Positions 1 to 15,180 of a stretch of 64,000 nucleotides of DNA are shown in pieces; position 1 is the stretch's first letter; the number at the start of each line of letters is the position of its first letter. The notes under the pieces are model-generated. The model was not told the origin of the DNA and ran no database searches. It saw only the letters and a list, made by a program, of their open reading frames with translations. Made by a program: the position numbers and the translations under genes. The stretch comes from Octopus sinensis. Its lineage: Eukaryota. The DNA lies in NCBI RefSeq assembly GCF_006345805.1, contig NW_021833082.1:20952-84951 (forward strand), given 5' to 3'.

Positions 1-3000
1 AGACAGACAGGTAAGAAAGACAGTTAGACAGACAGACAGACAGACAGATATAAGAAAGACAGACAGACAGACAGACAGATAAGAAAGACAGTTAGACAGA
101 GAGACAGACAGATAAGAAAGACAGTTAGACAGACAGACAGACAGATAAGAATGACAGTTAGACAGACAGACAGACAGATAAGAAAGACAGACAGATAATC
201 AGAGAGACAGACAATCAGACAGAAAGATAATAAAGACAGTTAGACAGACAGACAGATAAGAAAGACAGTTAGACAGACAGACAGACAGAGAGATAAGAAA
301 GACAGACAAACAGATAAGAAAGACAGTTAGACAGTCAGACAGACAGACAGATAAGAAAGACAGACAGACAGACAGACAGATAAGAAAGACCGTTAGACAG
401 ACAGACAGACATATAAGAAAGACACTTAGATAGACAGACAGACAGATAAGAAAGACAGAGAGACAGAAAGACAGATAAAAAAGACAGTTAGACAGACACA
501 CAGACAGATAAGAAAGACAGTTAGACAGACAACAGACAGACAGATATGAAAGACGGTTAGACAGACAGATAAGTAAGACAGACAGACAGATAGACAGATA
601 AGAAAGACAGACAGACAGACAGACAGATGAAAAATACAGACAGACAGACAGATAAGAAAGACAGTTAGACAGACAGATAAGAAAAACAGTCAGACAGACA
701 GATAAGAAAGACAGTTTGACAGACAGACACGAAAGACAGACAGACAGACAGATGAGAAAGACAGTTAGACAGACAGACAGACAGACATACAGATAAGAAT
801 GACAGACAGACTGACAGTCAGACAGATGAGAAAGACAGTTAGACAGACAGACAGACAGATAAAAAAGACAGAGAGAAAGACAGACAGACAGACAGTCAGA
901 TAAGAAAGACAAACAGAAAGACAGACAGATAAGAAAGACAGACAGACAGACAGACAGACAGATTAGAAAAACAGTTAGACAGACAGTCAGACAGACAGAT
1001 AAGAAAGAAAGAGAGACAGACAGTTAGACAGACAGACAGACAGATAAGAAAGACAGTTAGACAGGCAGACAGACAGATAAGAAAGACAGACAGGCAGACA
1101 GACAGACAGATAAGAAAGACAGTTAGACAGACAGACAGACAGATAAGAAAGACAGACAGGCAGTCAGACAGACAGATAAGAAAGACAGTTAGACAGACAG
1201 ATAGACAGATAAGAAAGACAGACAAACAGACAGACAGATAAGAAAGACAGTTAGACAGACAGACAGACAGATAAGAAACACAGACAGACAGACAGTTAAG
1301 AAAGACAGTTAGACAGACAGACAGACAGACAGATAAGAAAGACAGTTAGGCAGACAGACAGACAGACAGATAAGAAAGACAGTTAGACAGACAGACAGAC
1401 AGACAGATAAGAAAGACAGTTAGACAGATAGACAGACAGACAGACAGACAGATGAGAAGGACAGAGACAGACAGACAGACAGATAAGAAAGACAGAGAGA
1501 CAGACAGACAGACAGACAGAGAGGTAAGAAAGACAGTTAGACAGACAGACAGACAGACAGATAAGAAAGACAGTTAGACAGACAGATAAGAAAGACAGAC
1601 ACACAGACAGACAGACAGGTAAGAAAGACAGTTAGACAGACAGACAGACAGACAGATATGAAAGACAGACAGACAGACAGATAAGAAAGACAGTTAAACA
1701 GAGAGACAGACAGATAAGAAAGACAGTTAGACAGACAGACAGACAGATAAGAATGACAGTTAGACAGACAGACAGACAGATAAGAAAGACAGACAGACAA
1801 TCAGACAGACAGATAAGAAAGACAGTTAGACAGACAGACAGATAAGAAAGACAGTTAGACAGACAGACAGACAGAGAGATAAGAAAGACAGACAGACAGA
1901 TAAGAAAGACAGTTAGACAGTCAGACAGACAGACAGATAAGAAAGACAGACAGACAGACAGACAGATAAGAAAGACCGTTAGACAGACAGACAGAGAGAT
2001 AAGAAAGACACTTAGATAGACAGACAGACAGATAAGAAAGACAGAGAGACCGAAAGACAGATAAAAAAGACAGTTAGACAGACACACAGACAGATAAGGA
2101 AGACAGTTAGACAGACAGACAGACAGACAGATATGAAAGACGGTTAGACAGACAGATAAGTAAGACAGACAGACAGATAGACAGATAAGAAAGACAGACA
2201 GACAGACAGACAGATGAAATAGACAGACAGACAGACAGATAAGAAAGACAGTTAGACAGACAGACAGACAGATAAGAAAGACAGTTAGACAGACACACAG
2301 ACAGACAGATATGAAAGACGGTTAGACAGACAGATAAGTAAGACAGACAGACAGATAGACAGATAAGAAAGACAGACAGACAGACAGATGAAAAATACAG
2401 ACAGACAGACAGATAAGAAAGACAGTTAGACAGACAGATAAGAATGACGGTTAGACAGACAGACAGACAGATAAGAAAGACAGTCAGACAGACAGATAAG
2501 AAAGACAGTTTGACAGACAGACACGAAAGACAGACAGACAGACAGATGAGAAAGACAGTTAGACAGACAGACAGACAGACATACAGATAAGAAAGACAGA
2601 CAGACTGACAGTCAGACAGATGAGAAAGACAGTTAGACAGACAGACAGACAGATAAAAAAGACAGAGAGAAAGACAGACAGACAGACAGTCAGATAAGAA
2701 AGACAAACAGAAAGACAGACAGATAAGAATGACAGTTAGACAGGCAGACAGACACATAAGAAAGACAGTTAGACAGACAGATAAGAAAGACAGACAGATA
2801 AGAAAGACAGACAGACAGACAGACAGACAGATTAGAAAAACAGTTAGACAGACAGTCAGACAGACAGATAAGAAAGAAAGAGAGACAGACAGTTAGACAG
2901 ACAGACAGACAGATAAGAAAGACAGTTAGACAGGCAGACAGACAGATAAGAAAGACAGATAGGCAGACAGACAGACAGATAAGAAAGACAGTTAGACAGA

Positions 3001-3265
3001 CAAACAGACAGACAGATAAGAAAGACAGTTAGACAGACAGATAGACAGATAAGAAAGACAGACAAACAGACAGACAGATAAGAAAGACATTTAGACAGAC
3101 AGACAGACAGATAAGAAACACAGACAGACAGACAGTTAATAAAGACAGTTAGACAGACAGACAGACAGACAGATAAGAAAGACAGTTAGGCAGACAGACA
3201 GACAGACAGATAAGAAAGACAGTTAGACAGACAGACAGACAGACAGATAAGAAAGACAGTTAGAC

Positions 3266-3296
<31 letters not shown>

Positions 3297-3381
3297 TGAG
3301 AAGGACAGAGACAGACAGACAGACAGATAAGAAAGACAGAGAGACAGACAGACAGACAGACAGACAGGTAAGAAAGACAGT

Positions 3382-3413
<32 letters not shown>

Positions 3414-6400
3414 TAAGAAAGACAGTTAGACAGACAGATAAGAAAGACAGACACACAGACAGACAGACAGGTAAGAAAGACAGTTAGACAGACAGACAGA
3501 CAGACAGATATGAAAGACAGACAGACAGACAGACAGATAAGAAAGACAGTTAGACAGAGAGACAGACAGATAAGAAAGACAGTTAGACAGACAGACAGAC
3601 AGATAAGAATGACAGTTAGACAGACAGACAGACAGATAAGAAGACAGACAGACAATCAGACAGACAGATAAGAAAGACAGTTAGACAGACAGACAGATAA
3701 GAAAGACAGTTAGACAGACAGACAGACAGAGAGATAAGAAAGACAGACAGACAGATAAGAAAGACAGTTAGACAGTCAGACAGACAGACAGATAAGAAAG
3801 ACAGACAGACAGACAGACAGATAAGAAAGACCGTTAGACAGACAGACAGAGAGATAAGAAAGACACTTAGATAGACAGACAGACAGATAAGAAAGACAGA
3901 GAGACCGAAAGACAGATAAAAAAGACAGTTAGACAGACACACAGACAGATAAGAAAGACAGTTAGACAGACAGACAGACAGACAGATATGAAAGACGGTT
4001 AGACAGACAGATAAGTAAGACAGACAGACAGATAGACAGATAAGAAAGACAGACAGACAGACAGACAGATGAAAAAGACAGACAGACAGACAGATAAGAA
4101 AGACAGTTAGACAGACAGACAGACAGATAAGAAAGACAGTCAGACAGACAGATAAGAAATACAGACAGACAGACAGACAGTCAGATAAGAAAGACAATCA
4201 GAAAGACAGACAGACAGATAAGAAAGAAAGTTAGACAGACAGACAGACAGGCAGATAAAAAAGACAGTTAGACAGACAGACAGACAGACAGAGAGATAAC
4301 AAAGACCGATAGACAGACAGACGGACAGACAGATAAGAAAGTCAGTTAAACAGACAGACAGACAGACAGACAGACAGATAGACAGGTAAGAAAGACAGAC
4401 AGACAGATAAGAGAGATAGACAGACAGACAGATAAAAAAGACAGTTAGACAGACAGACAGACAGACAGACAAATAAGAAAAACAGACAGATAGAAGGACA
4501 GATAAGAAAGACTGTTAGACAGACAGACAGACAGACAGATATAAGAAAGACAGACAGACGACAGACAGACAGATAAGAAAGACAGGTTAGACAGACACAC
4601 AGACAGATAAAAAAGACAGTTAGACGGACAGACAGATAAGAAAGACAGTTAGACAGACAGATAAGTAAGACAGACAGACAGACAGATAAGAAAGACAGAC
4701 AGACAGACAGATAAGAAAGACAGTTAGACAGACAGACAGACAGACAGATAAGAAAGAAAGACAGACAGACAGACAGACAGATAAGAAAGACATTTAGACA
4801 GACAGACAGACAGATTAAAAAGACAGACAGACAAACAGACAGACAGACAAATAAGAAAAACAGACAGATAGAAGGACAGATAAGAAAGACAGACAGACAG
4901 ACAGACAGATAAGAAAGAGAGTTAGACATACAGACAGACAGACAGATAAGAAAAAATGTTAGATAGACAGAAAGACAGATAAGAAGCACAGACAGACAGA
5001 CAGACAGACAGATTAGAAAAACAGTTAGACAGACAGTCAGACAGACAGATAAGAAAGACAGACAGGCAGACTGACAGACAGATAAGAAATACTGTTAGAC
5101 AGACAGACAGACAGATTAGAAAGACAGAAAGACAGTTAGACAGACAGACAGATAAGAAAGACAGTTAGACAGACAGATAAGAAAGACAGACAAACAGACA
5201 GACAGAAAAGAAAGACAGTTAGACAGACAGACAGACAGATAAGAAAGACAGACAAACAGACAGACAGATAAGAAAGACAGTTAGACAGACAGACAGACAG
5301 ATAAGAAACACAGACAGACAGACAGTTAAGGAAGACTGTTAGACAGACAGACAGACAGACAGATAAGAAAGACAGTTAGACAGACAGACAGACAGACAGA
5401 TAAGGAAGACAGTTAGACAGACAGACAGACAGACAGATAAGAAAGACAGTTAGACAGATAGACAGACAGACAGATAGACAGACAGAGAGACAGACAGATG
5501 AGAAAGACAGAGACATACAGACAGACAGGACAGATAAGAAAGACAGAGAGAAAGACAGACAGACAGACAGACAGACAGACACATAAGGAAGACAGACAGA
5601 CAGACAGATAAGAAAGACAGTTAGACAGACAGATAAGAAAGACAGACACTCAGACAGACAGAGAGGTAAGAAAGACAGTTAGACAGACGGACAGACAGAC
5701 AGATAAGAAAGACAGTTAGACAAAGAGACAGACAGATAAGAAAGACAGTTAGACAGACTGACAGACAGATAAGAATGACAGTTAGACAGAGAGATAGACA
5801 GATAAGAAAGACAGAGAGACAAACAGACAGACAGATAAGAAAGACATTTATTCAGACAGATAAGAAAGACAGTTAGACAGACAGACAGACAGACAGACAT
5901 AAAAGACAGACAGACAGACAGATAAGAAAGACAGTTAGACAGACAGACAGACAGACAGATAAGATAAGAAAGACAGACAGAAGACAGACAGATAAGAAGA
6001 CCGTTAGACAGACAGACAGAGAGATAAGAAAGACACTTAGATAGACAGACAGACAGATAAGAAAGACAGAGAGACCGAAAGACAGATAAAAAAGACAGTT
6101 AGACAGACACACAGACAGATAAGAAAGACAGTTAGACAGACAGACAGACAGACAGACAGATATGAAAGACGGTTAGACAGACAGATAAGTAAGACAGACA
6201 GACAGATAGACAGATAAGAAAGACAGACAGACAGACAGACAGATGAAATAGACAGACAGACAGACAGATAAGAAAGACAGTTAGACAGACAGACAGACAG
6301 ATAAGAAAGACAGTTAGACAGACACACAGACAGACAGATATGAAAGACGGTTAGACAGACAGATAAGTAAGACAGACAGACAGATAGACAGATAAGAAAG

Positions 6401-6837
6401 ACAGACAGACAGACAGACAGATGAAAAATACAGACAGACAGACAGATAAGAAAGACAGTTAGACAGACAGATAAGAATGACGGTTAGACGGACAGACAGA
6501 CAGATAAGAAAGACAGTCAGACAGACAGATAAGAAAGACAGTTTGACAGACAGACACGAAAGACAGACAGACAGACAGATGAGAAAGACAGTTAGACAGA
6601 CAGACAGACAGACATACAGATAAGAAAGACAGACAGACTGACAGTCAGACAGATGAGAAAGACAGTTAGACAGACAGACAGACAGATAAAAAAGACAGAG
6701 AGAAAGACAGACAGACAGACAGTCAGATAAGAAAGACAAACAGAAAGACAGACAGATAAGAATGACAGTTAGACAGGCAGACAGACACATAAGAAATATA
6801 GTTAGACAGACAGATAAGAAAGACAGACAGATAAGAA

Positions 6838-6868
<31 letters not shown>

Positions 6869-7302
6869 TTAGAAAAACAGTTAGACAGACAGTCAGACAG
6901 ACAGATAAGAAAGAAAGAGAGACAGACAGTTAGACAGACAGACAGACAGATAAGAAAGACAGTTAGACAGGCAGACAGACAGATAAGAAAGACAGACAGG
7001 CAGACAGACAGACAGATAAGAAAGACAGTTAGACAGACAAACAGACAGACAGATAAGAAAGACAGTTAGACAGACAGATAGAAAGATAAGAAAGACAGAC
7101 AAACAGACAGACAGATAAGAAAGACATTTAGACAGACAGACAGACAGATAAGAAACACAGACAGACAGACAGTTAAGAAAGACAGTTAGACAGACAGACA
7201 GACAGACAGATAAGAAAGACAGTTAGGCAGACAGACAGACAGACAGATAAGAAAGACAGTTAGACAGACAGACAGACAGACAGATAAGAAAGACAGTTAG
7301 AC

Positions 7303-7337
<35 letters not shown>

Positions 7338-7422
7338 TGAGAAGGACAGAGACAGACAGACAGACAGATAAGAAAGACAGAGAGACAGACAGACAGACAG
7401 ACAGACAGGTAAGAAAGACAGT

Positions 7423-7454
<32 letters not shown>

Positions 7455-10400
7455 TAAGAAAGACAGTTAGACAGACAGATAAGAAAGACAGACACACAGA
7501 CAGACAGACAGGTAAGAAAGACAGTTAGACAGACAGACAGACAGACAGATATGAAAGACAGACAGACAGACAGATAAGAAAGACAGTTAGACAGAGAGAC
7601 AGACAGATAAGAAAGACAGTTAGACAGACAGACAGACAGATAAGAATGACAGTTAGACAGACAGACAGACAGATAAGAAAGACAGACAGACAATCAGACA
7701 GACAGATAAGAAAGACAGTTAGACAGACAGACAGATAAGAAAGACAGTTAGACAGACAGACAGACAGAGAGATAAGAAAGACAGACAGACAGATAAGAAA
7801 GACAGTTAGACAGTCAGACAGACAGACAGATAAGAAAGACAGACAGACAGACAGACAGATAAGAAAGACCGTTAGACAGACAGACAGAGAGATAAGAAAG
7901 ACACTTAGATAGACAGACAGACAGATAAGAAAGACACAGAGAGACCGAAAGACAGATAAAAAAGACAGTTAGACAGACACACAGACAGATAAGAAAGACA
8001 GTTAGACAGAAAGACAGACAGACAGATATGAAAGACGGTTAGACAGACAGATAAGTAAGACAGACAGACAGACAGATAAGAAAGACAGACAGACAGACAG
8101 ACAGATGAAAAAGACAGACAGACAGACAGATAAGAAAGACAGTTAGACAGACAGACAGACAGATAAGAAAGACAGTCAGACAGACAGATAAGAAATACAG
8201 ACAGACAGACAGACAGTCAGATAAGAAAGACAATCAGAAAGACAGACAGACAGATAAGAAAGAAAGTTAGACAGACAGACAGACAGGCAGATAAAAAAGA
8301 CAGTTAGACAGACAGACAGACAGACAGAGAGATAACAAAGACCGATAGACAGACATACGGACAGACAGATAAGAAAGTCAGTTAAACAGACAGACAGACA
8401 GACAGACAGACAGATAGACAGGTAAGAAAGACAGACAGACAGATAAGAAAGATAGACAGACAGACAGATAAAAAACCAGTTAGACAGACAGACAGACAGA
8501 CAGACAGATAAGAAAGACAGACAGACAGACAGACAGATAAGAAAGACTGTTAGACAGACAGACAGACAGACAGATAAGAAAGACAGAGAGACAGACAGAC
8601 AGATAAGAAAGACAGGTTAGACAGACACACAGACAGATAAAAAAGACAGTTAGACGGACAGACAGATAAGAAAGACAGTTAGACAGACAGATAAGTAAGA
8701 CAGACAGACAGACAGATAAGAAAGACAGACAGACAGACAGATAAGAAAGACAGTTAGACAGACAGACAGACAGACAGATAAGAAAGAAAGACAGACAGAC
8801 AGACAGACAGATAAGAAAGACATTTAGACAGACAGACAGACAGATTAAAAAGACAGACAGACAAACAGACAGACAGACAAATAAGAAAAACAGACAGATA
8901 GAAGGACAGATAAGAAAGACAGACAGACAGACAGACAGATAAGAAAGAGAGTTAGACATACAGACAGACAGACAGATAAGAAAAAATGTTAGATAGACAG
9001 AAAGACAGATAAGAAGCACAGACAGACAGACAGACAGACAGATTAGAAAAACAGTTAGACAGACAGTCAGACAGACAGATAAGAAAGAAAGAGAGACAGA
9101 CAGTTAGACAGACACACAGACAGATAAGAAAGACAGTTAGACAGGCAGACAGACAGATTAGAAAGACAGACAGGCAGACTGACAGACAGATAAGAAATAC
9201 TGTTAGACAGACAGACAGACAGATTAGAAAGACAGAAAGACAGTTAGACAGACAGACAGATAAGAAAGACAGTTAGACAGACAGACAGATAAGAAAGACA
9301 GACAAACAGACAGACAGAAAAGAAAGACAGTTAGACAGACAGACAGACAGATAAGAAAGACAGACAAACAGACAGACAGATAAGAAAGACAGTTAGACAG
9401 ACAGACAGACAGATAAGAAACACAGACAGACAGACAGTTAAGGAAGACAGTTAGACAGACAGACAGACAGACAGATAAGAAAGACAGTTAGACAGACAGA
9501 CAGACAGACAGATAAGGAAGACAGTTAGACAGACAGACAGACAGACAGATAAGAAAGACAGTTAGACAGATAGACAGACAGACAGATAGACAGACAGACA
9601 GATAGACAGACAGAGAGACAGACAGATGAGAAAGACAGAGACATACAGACAGACAGGACAGATAAGAAAGACAGAGAGAAAGACAGACAGACAGACAGAC
9701 AGACAGACACATAAGGAAGACAGACAGACAGACAGATAAGAAAGACAGTTAGACAGACAGATAAGAAAGACAGACACTCAGACAGACAGAGAGGTAAGAA
9801 AGACAGTTAGACAGACGGACAGACAGACAGATAAGAAAGACAGACAAACAGACAGACAGATAAGAAAGACAGTTAGACAGACAGATAAGAAAGACAGTTA
9901 GACAGACTGACAGACAGATAAGAATGACAGTTAGACAGAGAGACAGACAGATAAGAAAGACAGAGAGACAAACAGACAGACAGATAAGAAAGACATTTAT
10001 TCAGACAGATAAGAAAGACTGTTAGACAGACAGACAGACAGACAGACATAAAAGACAGACAGACAGACAGATAAGAAAGACAGTTAGACAGACAGACAGA
10101 CAGACAGATAAGAAAGACAGACAGACAGACAGACAGATAAGAAAGACCGTTAGACAGACAGACAGACAGATAAGAAAGACAGTTAGACAGACAGACAGAC
10201 AGACAGATAAGAAAGACAGAGAGACAGACAGACATATAAGAAAGACAGTTAGACAGACAGACAGACAGACAGATAAGAAAGACAGTTAGACAGACAGACA
10301 GATTAGAAAGACTGACAGACAGACAGACACATAAGAAAGACAGTTAGACAGACAGACAGACAGACAGATAAGAAAGACAGACAAACAGACAGACAGATAA

Positions 10401-10530
10401 GAAAGACAGTTAGACAGACAGACAGACAGATAAGAAAGACAGTTAGACAGACAGACAGACAGACAGACAGATAAGAAAGACAGTTAGACAGACACACAGA
10501 CAGATAAGAAAGACAGTTAGACAGTCAGAC
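1..10530. repeat. Compound GACA satellite (GATAAGAAAGACAGTTA(GACA)n-type units) with ~1.8-kb and ~4.0-4.1-kb higher-order duplications
   Basis: Continuous (GACA)n runs punctuated by GATAAGAAA and GTTA. Rare variant motifs recur ~4.03-4.15 kb apart, e.g. GAGATAACAAAGACCGATAG at ~4293 and ~8329, and GACATTTATTCAG at ~5843 and ~9993. Confidence 0.95.
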
Positions 10531-12770
10531 AGACAGATTAGAAAGACAGACAGACGGACAGTCAGACAGACATATACAAAGACAGAGAGACGGACAGTCA
10601 GACAGGCAGATTAGAAAGACAGACAGACAGACAGACAGACAGACAGTCAGACAGACAGATTAGAAAGACAGGCAGACAGACAGTCAGACAGACAGATTAG
10701 AAAGACAGGCAGACAGACAGTCAGACAGACAGATTAGAAAGACAGGCAGACAGACAGTCAGACAGACAGATTAGAAAGACAGGCAGACAGACAGTCAGAC
10801 AGACAGATTAGAAAGACAGACAGACGGACAGTCAGACAGACTGATTAGAAAGACAGACAGACGGACAGTCGGACAGACCGATTAGAAAGACAGACAGACG
10901 GACAGTCGGACAGACCGATTAGAAAGACAGACAGACGGACAGTCAGACAGACCGATTAGAAAGACAGACAGACGGACAGTCAGACAGACTGATTAGAAAG
11001 ACAGACAGACGGACAGTCGGACAGACCGATTAGAAAGACAGACAGACGGACAGTCGGACAGACCGATTAGAAAGACAGACAGACGGACAGTCGGACAGAC
11101 CGATTAGAAAGACAGACAGACGGACAGTCAGACAGACCGATTAGAAAGACAGACAGACGGACAGTCAGACAGACCGATTAGAAAGACAGACAGACGGACA
11201 GTCAGACAGACTGATAAGAAAGACAGACAGACAGACGGACAGTCAGACAGACCGATTAGAAAGACAGACAGACGGACAGTCAGACAGACCGATTAGAAAG
11301 ACAGACAGACGGACAGTTAGACAGACCGATTAGAAAGACAGACAGACGGACAGTCAGACAGACTGATAAGAAAGACAGACAGACAGACGGACAGTCAGAC
11401 AGACCGATTAGAAAGACAGACAGACGGACAGTCAGACAGACCGATTAGAAAGACAGACAGACGGACAGTCAGACAGACCGATTAGAAAGACAGACAGACG
11501 GACAGTCAGACAGACTGATAAGAAAGACAGACAGACGGACAGTCAGACAGACCGATTAGAAAGACAGACAGACGGACGGTCAGACAGACCGATTAGAAAG
11601 ACAGACAGACGGACAGTCAGACTGACCGATTAGAAAGACAGACAGACGGACAGTCAGACAGACTGATAAGAAAGACAGACAGACGGACAGTCAGACAGAC
11701 CGATTAGAAAGACAGACAGACGGACAGTCAGACAGACTGATAAGAAAGACAGACAGACGGACAGTCAGACAGACTGATTAGAAAGACAGACAGACGGACA
11801 GTCAGACAGACTGATAAGAAAGACAGACAGACGGACAGTCAGACAGACCGATTAGAAAGACAGACAGACGGACAGTCAGACAGACTGATAAGAAAGACAG
11901 ACAGACGGACAGTCAGACAGACCGATTAGAAAGACAGACAGACGGACAGTCAGACAGACTGATAAGAAAGACAGACAGACGGACAGTCAGACAGACTGAT
12001 AAGAAAGACAGACAGACGGACAGTCAGACAGACTGATTAGAAAGACAGACAGACGGACAGTCAGACAGACCGATTAGAAAGACAGACAGACGGACAGTCA
12101 GACAGACCGATTAGAAAGACAGACAGACGGACAGTCAGACAGACTGATAAGAAAGACAGACAGACGGACAGTCAGACAGACTGATAAGAAAGACAGACAG
12201 ACGGACAGTCAGACAGACTAATAAGGAAGACAGACAGACGGACAGTCAGACAGACTGATAAGAAAGACAGACAGACGGACAGTCAGACAGACTGATAAGA
12301 AAGACAGACAGACGGACAGTCAGACAGACTGATAAGAAAGACAGACAGACGGACAGTCAGACAGACCGATTAGAAAGACAGACAGACGGACAGTCAGACA
12401 GACTGATAAGAAAGACAGACAGACGGACAGTCAGACAGACTGATAAGAAAGACAGGCAGACGGACAGTCAGACAGACTGATAAGAAAGACAGACAGACGG
12501 ACAGTCAGACAGACTGATAAGAAAGACAGACAGACGGACAGTCAGACAGACTGATAAGAAAGACAGACAGACGGACAGTCAGACAGACTGATAAGAAAGA
12601 CAGACAGACGGACAGTCAGACAGACTGATAAGAAAGACAGACAGACGGACAGTCAGACAGACTGATAAGAAAGACAGACAGACGGACAGTCAGACAGACT
12701 GATAAGAAAGACAGACAGACGGACAGTCGCACAGACAGATTAGAAAGACAGACAGCCGGACAGACTGATA
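10530..12770. repeat. 37-bp minisatellite (GATTAGAAAGACAGACAGACGGACAGTCAGACAGACC and variants), ~60 copies
   Basis: Period measured directly: GATT at 10880 and 10917; also at 10695 and 10732. Confidence 0.95.
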
Positions 12771-13282
12771 GATAGAGAAAGGGGGGTGCGAGAGAGGAAG
12801 AAAGGTAGGGAATGAACTAAAAGAACGCATGCAACGGTGTCAAGGGAAACAACCCTGTTTACTTATTATCTCCCTTTGACCACAATAGGATTCCGCGACA
12901 CAGTTCCGATTTCCAACGGGAACTGATGTCGCTTAAGTGTTATAAGAAAACTTCATTTCCATTTTTGTTAAGTAATTTTCAAGTTACAGGTGTTTTATAT
13001 ATGTATATATATGTATATATATGGATGTGTGAGTTTCTGAGCTAATGTTCTTTAGAACTAGACTAGTCTTGGTTTCCGTACATATCGTCAAAAGCGTTCT
13101 TGCCGTGGCCAACTAGTTTGGGTTAGGGTTTATTATTTATATTCCGGGTTTTTTTGGTTTATTTTCGTTTTGTTTTTTTTGTGTTTTAGTCGAAAGAACG
13201 GGTGGAGGGTTTGCATTAGAAGAAGGTGTGCATGTGTATGTGTGTGTATGTGTGCGTGCGTGCGTGTTTGCCCCCACCACCG

Positions 13283-13463
13283 TCACCACCATCAGTTGAC
13301 AACCGATGTTACAGGGTTTACGTCACTGTTACGTAGCGATTCGACAAAAGAGACCGATAGAATAAGTACTAGGCTTACAGAGAATAAGTCCTGGGGTCTA
13401 TTTGTTCGACTAAAGGTGGTGCTCCAGCATGGCCACAGTGAAATGACTGAAACATGTATATAT
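13283..13463 (+). mobile_element. tRNA-derived SINE family A, 3' half
   Basis: Matches the GACAACCGATG...GATAGAATAAGTACTAGGCTTAC...CAGCATGGCC...AATGACTGAAAC tail seen in full copies at 46081 and 52935. Confidence 0.85.
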
Positions 13464-13471
13464 ATCTATAT

Positions 13472-13894
13472 ATACTCTTTTACTCTTTTACCCTTTTACT
13501 TGTTTCAGTCATTTTGACTGCGGCCATGCTGGAGCACCGCCTTTAATCGAGCAAATCGACCTTCGGGACTTATTCTTTGTAAGCCTAGTACTTATTCCAT
13601 CGGTCTATTTTGCCGAACCGCTAGGTAACGGGGACGTAAACACAACAGCATCGGTTGTCAAGGGATGTTGGGAGGACAAACACAGACACACAAACATATA
13701 CACACACACACATATATATATATATACACATACGACGGGCTTCTTTCAGTTTCCGTCTACCAAATCCACTCACAAGGCTTTGGTCGGCCCGAGGCTATAG
13801 TAGAAGACACTTGCCCAAGATGCCACGCAGTGGGACTGAACCCGGAACCATGTGGTTGGTAAGCAAGCTACTTACCACACAGCCACTCCTGCGC
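13472..13894 (-). mobile_element. tRNA-derived SINE family A, full length
   Basis: Reverse complement of the GCGCAGGAGTGGCTGTGTGGTAAG head (A box; B box GGTTCAGTCCC), internal (TA/TG)n, and AAAGAGTA tail. Confidence 0.9.
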
Positions 13895-14679
13895 TGGTAC
13901 AGTATAGTATATCTATCTATATATATATGTATAGTATATCTAGGAATACAATATCTATGTTTTGTTTCATTTAAAACAATTGGATGTGGTTTGAGTGAAA
14001 TTTGACTGCTATTTCTAGCAGTTGTAACGACCACGTTAAAGAAATCGCCCTTGTTTCCCTAACGCAAATATCGTACGGTCTAAGGGAGATAATCAATGAC
14101 AGCCTATGACTGTTAATCTGTCACGGTTGTTTCCCTTTGACCACAAATTGCTAGATTGCAATCCGCTTTTATCAACAGAATCGTACCTCATTGACATTAT
14201 TTCCGCATAACTTTCTGAAAAGTTAATATTTTTTTAAAGATTTTTTTTGCAAATACCTTTCAGATGGTATAGATTTCGATCACATCAGAATTTAACGGGC
14301 TTTGGTAAGAAATATATATATATATATGAAGAAACGCCATAATAATTTGGCGTTCCACCATCCGATTTTCGAGATAAGTCTTTAATTTCCTTCTATTTTT
14401 TTTTTTTTGTAATAGTTTTGCAAGATTCTTGAAGTGAAATCATATGTTGCTATAATTTGGGAGGGTCATTTGGCCACTAAGAAACATGCACTGGTTTTAT
14501 TTCACTTCACTTTCCAGTTTATAATACTGCCAAATGGAATTTTTTCAGACTCCTTACATTCTGATTTCAAATTCCATTGGGTCAACATCTCCTTTCTTCT
14601 TTTCAGGGTCAATGAAACAAGCACAAAGCCTTGGGGTCAATGTAAACGTCTGGACACCTTCCCAAAAATTTCATTATTG

Positions 14680-15180
14680 GTTTCAAATTTTGGCACAAAG
14701 CCAGCAATTTCGAGGGGGAGGGTAAGTTGATTACATCGACTCCAGTACTCAACTGGTACCTATCTTAAGGTGGCGAGCTGACAGAAACGTTAGCACGCCA
14801 GGTGAAATACCTACTGGTATTTCGGCTGCCGCTATGTTCTGAGTTCAAATTCCGCCAATGTTGACTTTGCCTTTCATCCTTTCGGGGTCAGTTAAATAAG
14901 TACCAGTTACGCACTGGGGTCGATATAATCGACTTAATACCTATGTCTGTCCTTGTTTGTCCCTTCTGTGTGTAGCCCCTTGTGGGTAGTAAAGAAATAG
15001 GTATTTCGTCTGCTGCTACGTTCTGAGTTCAAATTCCGCCGAGGTCGACTTTGCCTTTCATCCATTTGGGGTCGATAAATTAAGTACCAGTTACGCACTG
15101 GGGTCGATATAATCGACTTAATCCATTGTCTGTCCTTGTTTGTCCCCTCTATGTTTAGCCCCTTGTAGGTAGTAAAGAAA
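14680..15180 (+). mobile_element. tRNA-derived SINE family D (GGCGAGCTGGCAGAA head, GAGTTCAAATTCC B box): partial copy plus tandem copies
   Basis: Body GTCGACTTTGCCTTTCATCC...AAGTACCAGTTACGCACTGGGGTCGAT repeated at ~14860 and ~15045. The same family lies on the minus strand at 34725-34955 and 37125-37355. Confidence 0.85.

Noticed and set aside
199-10497. Numerous minus-strand ORFs rich in L/S/V/C (up to 237 aa)
   Set aside because: They are translations of the (TGTC)n strand of the satellite, which lacks stop codons by composition. There is no protein-like complexity.
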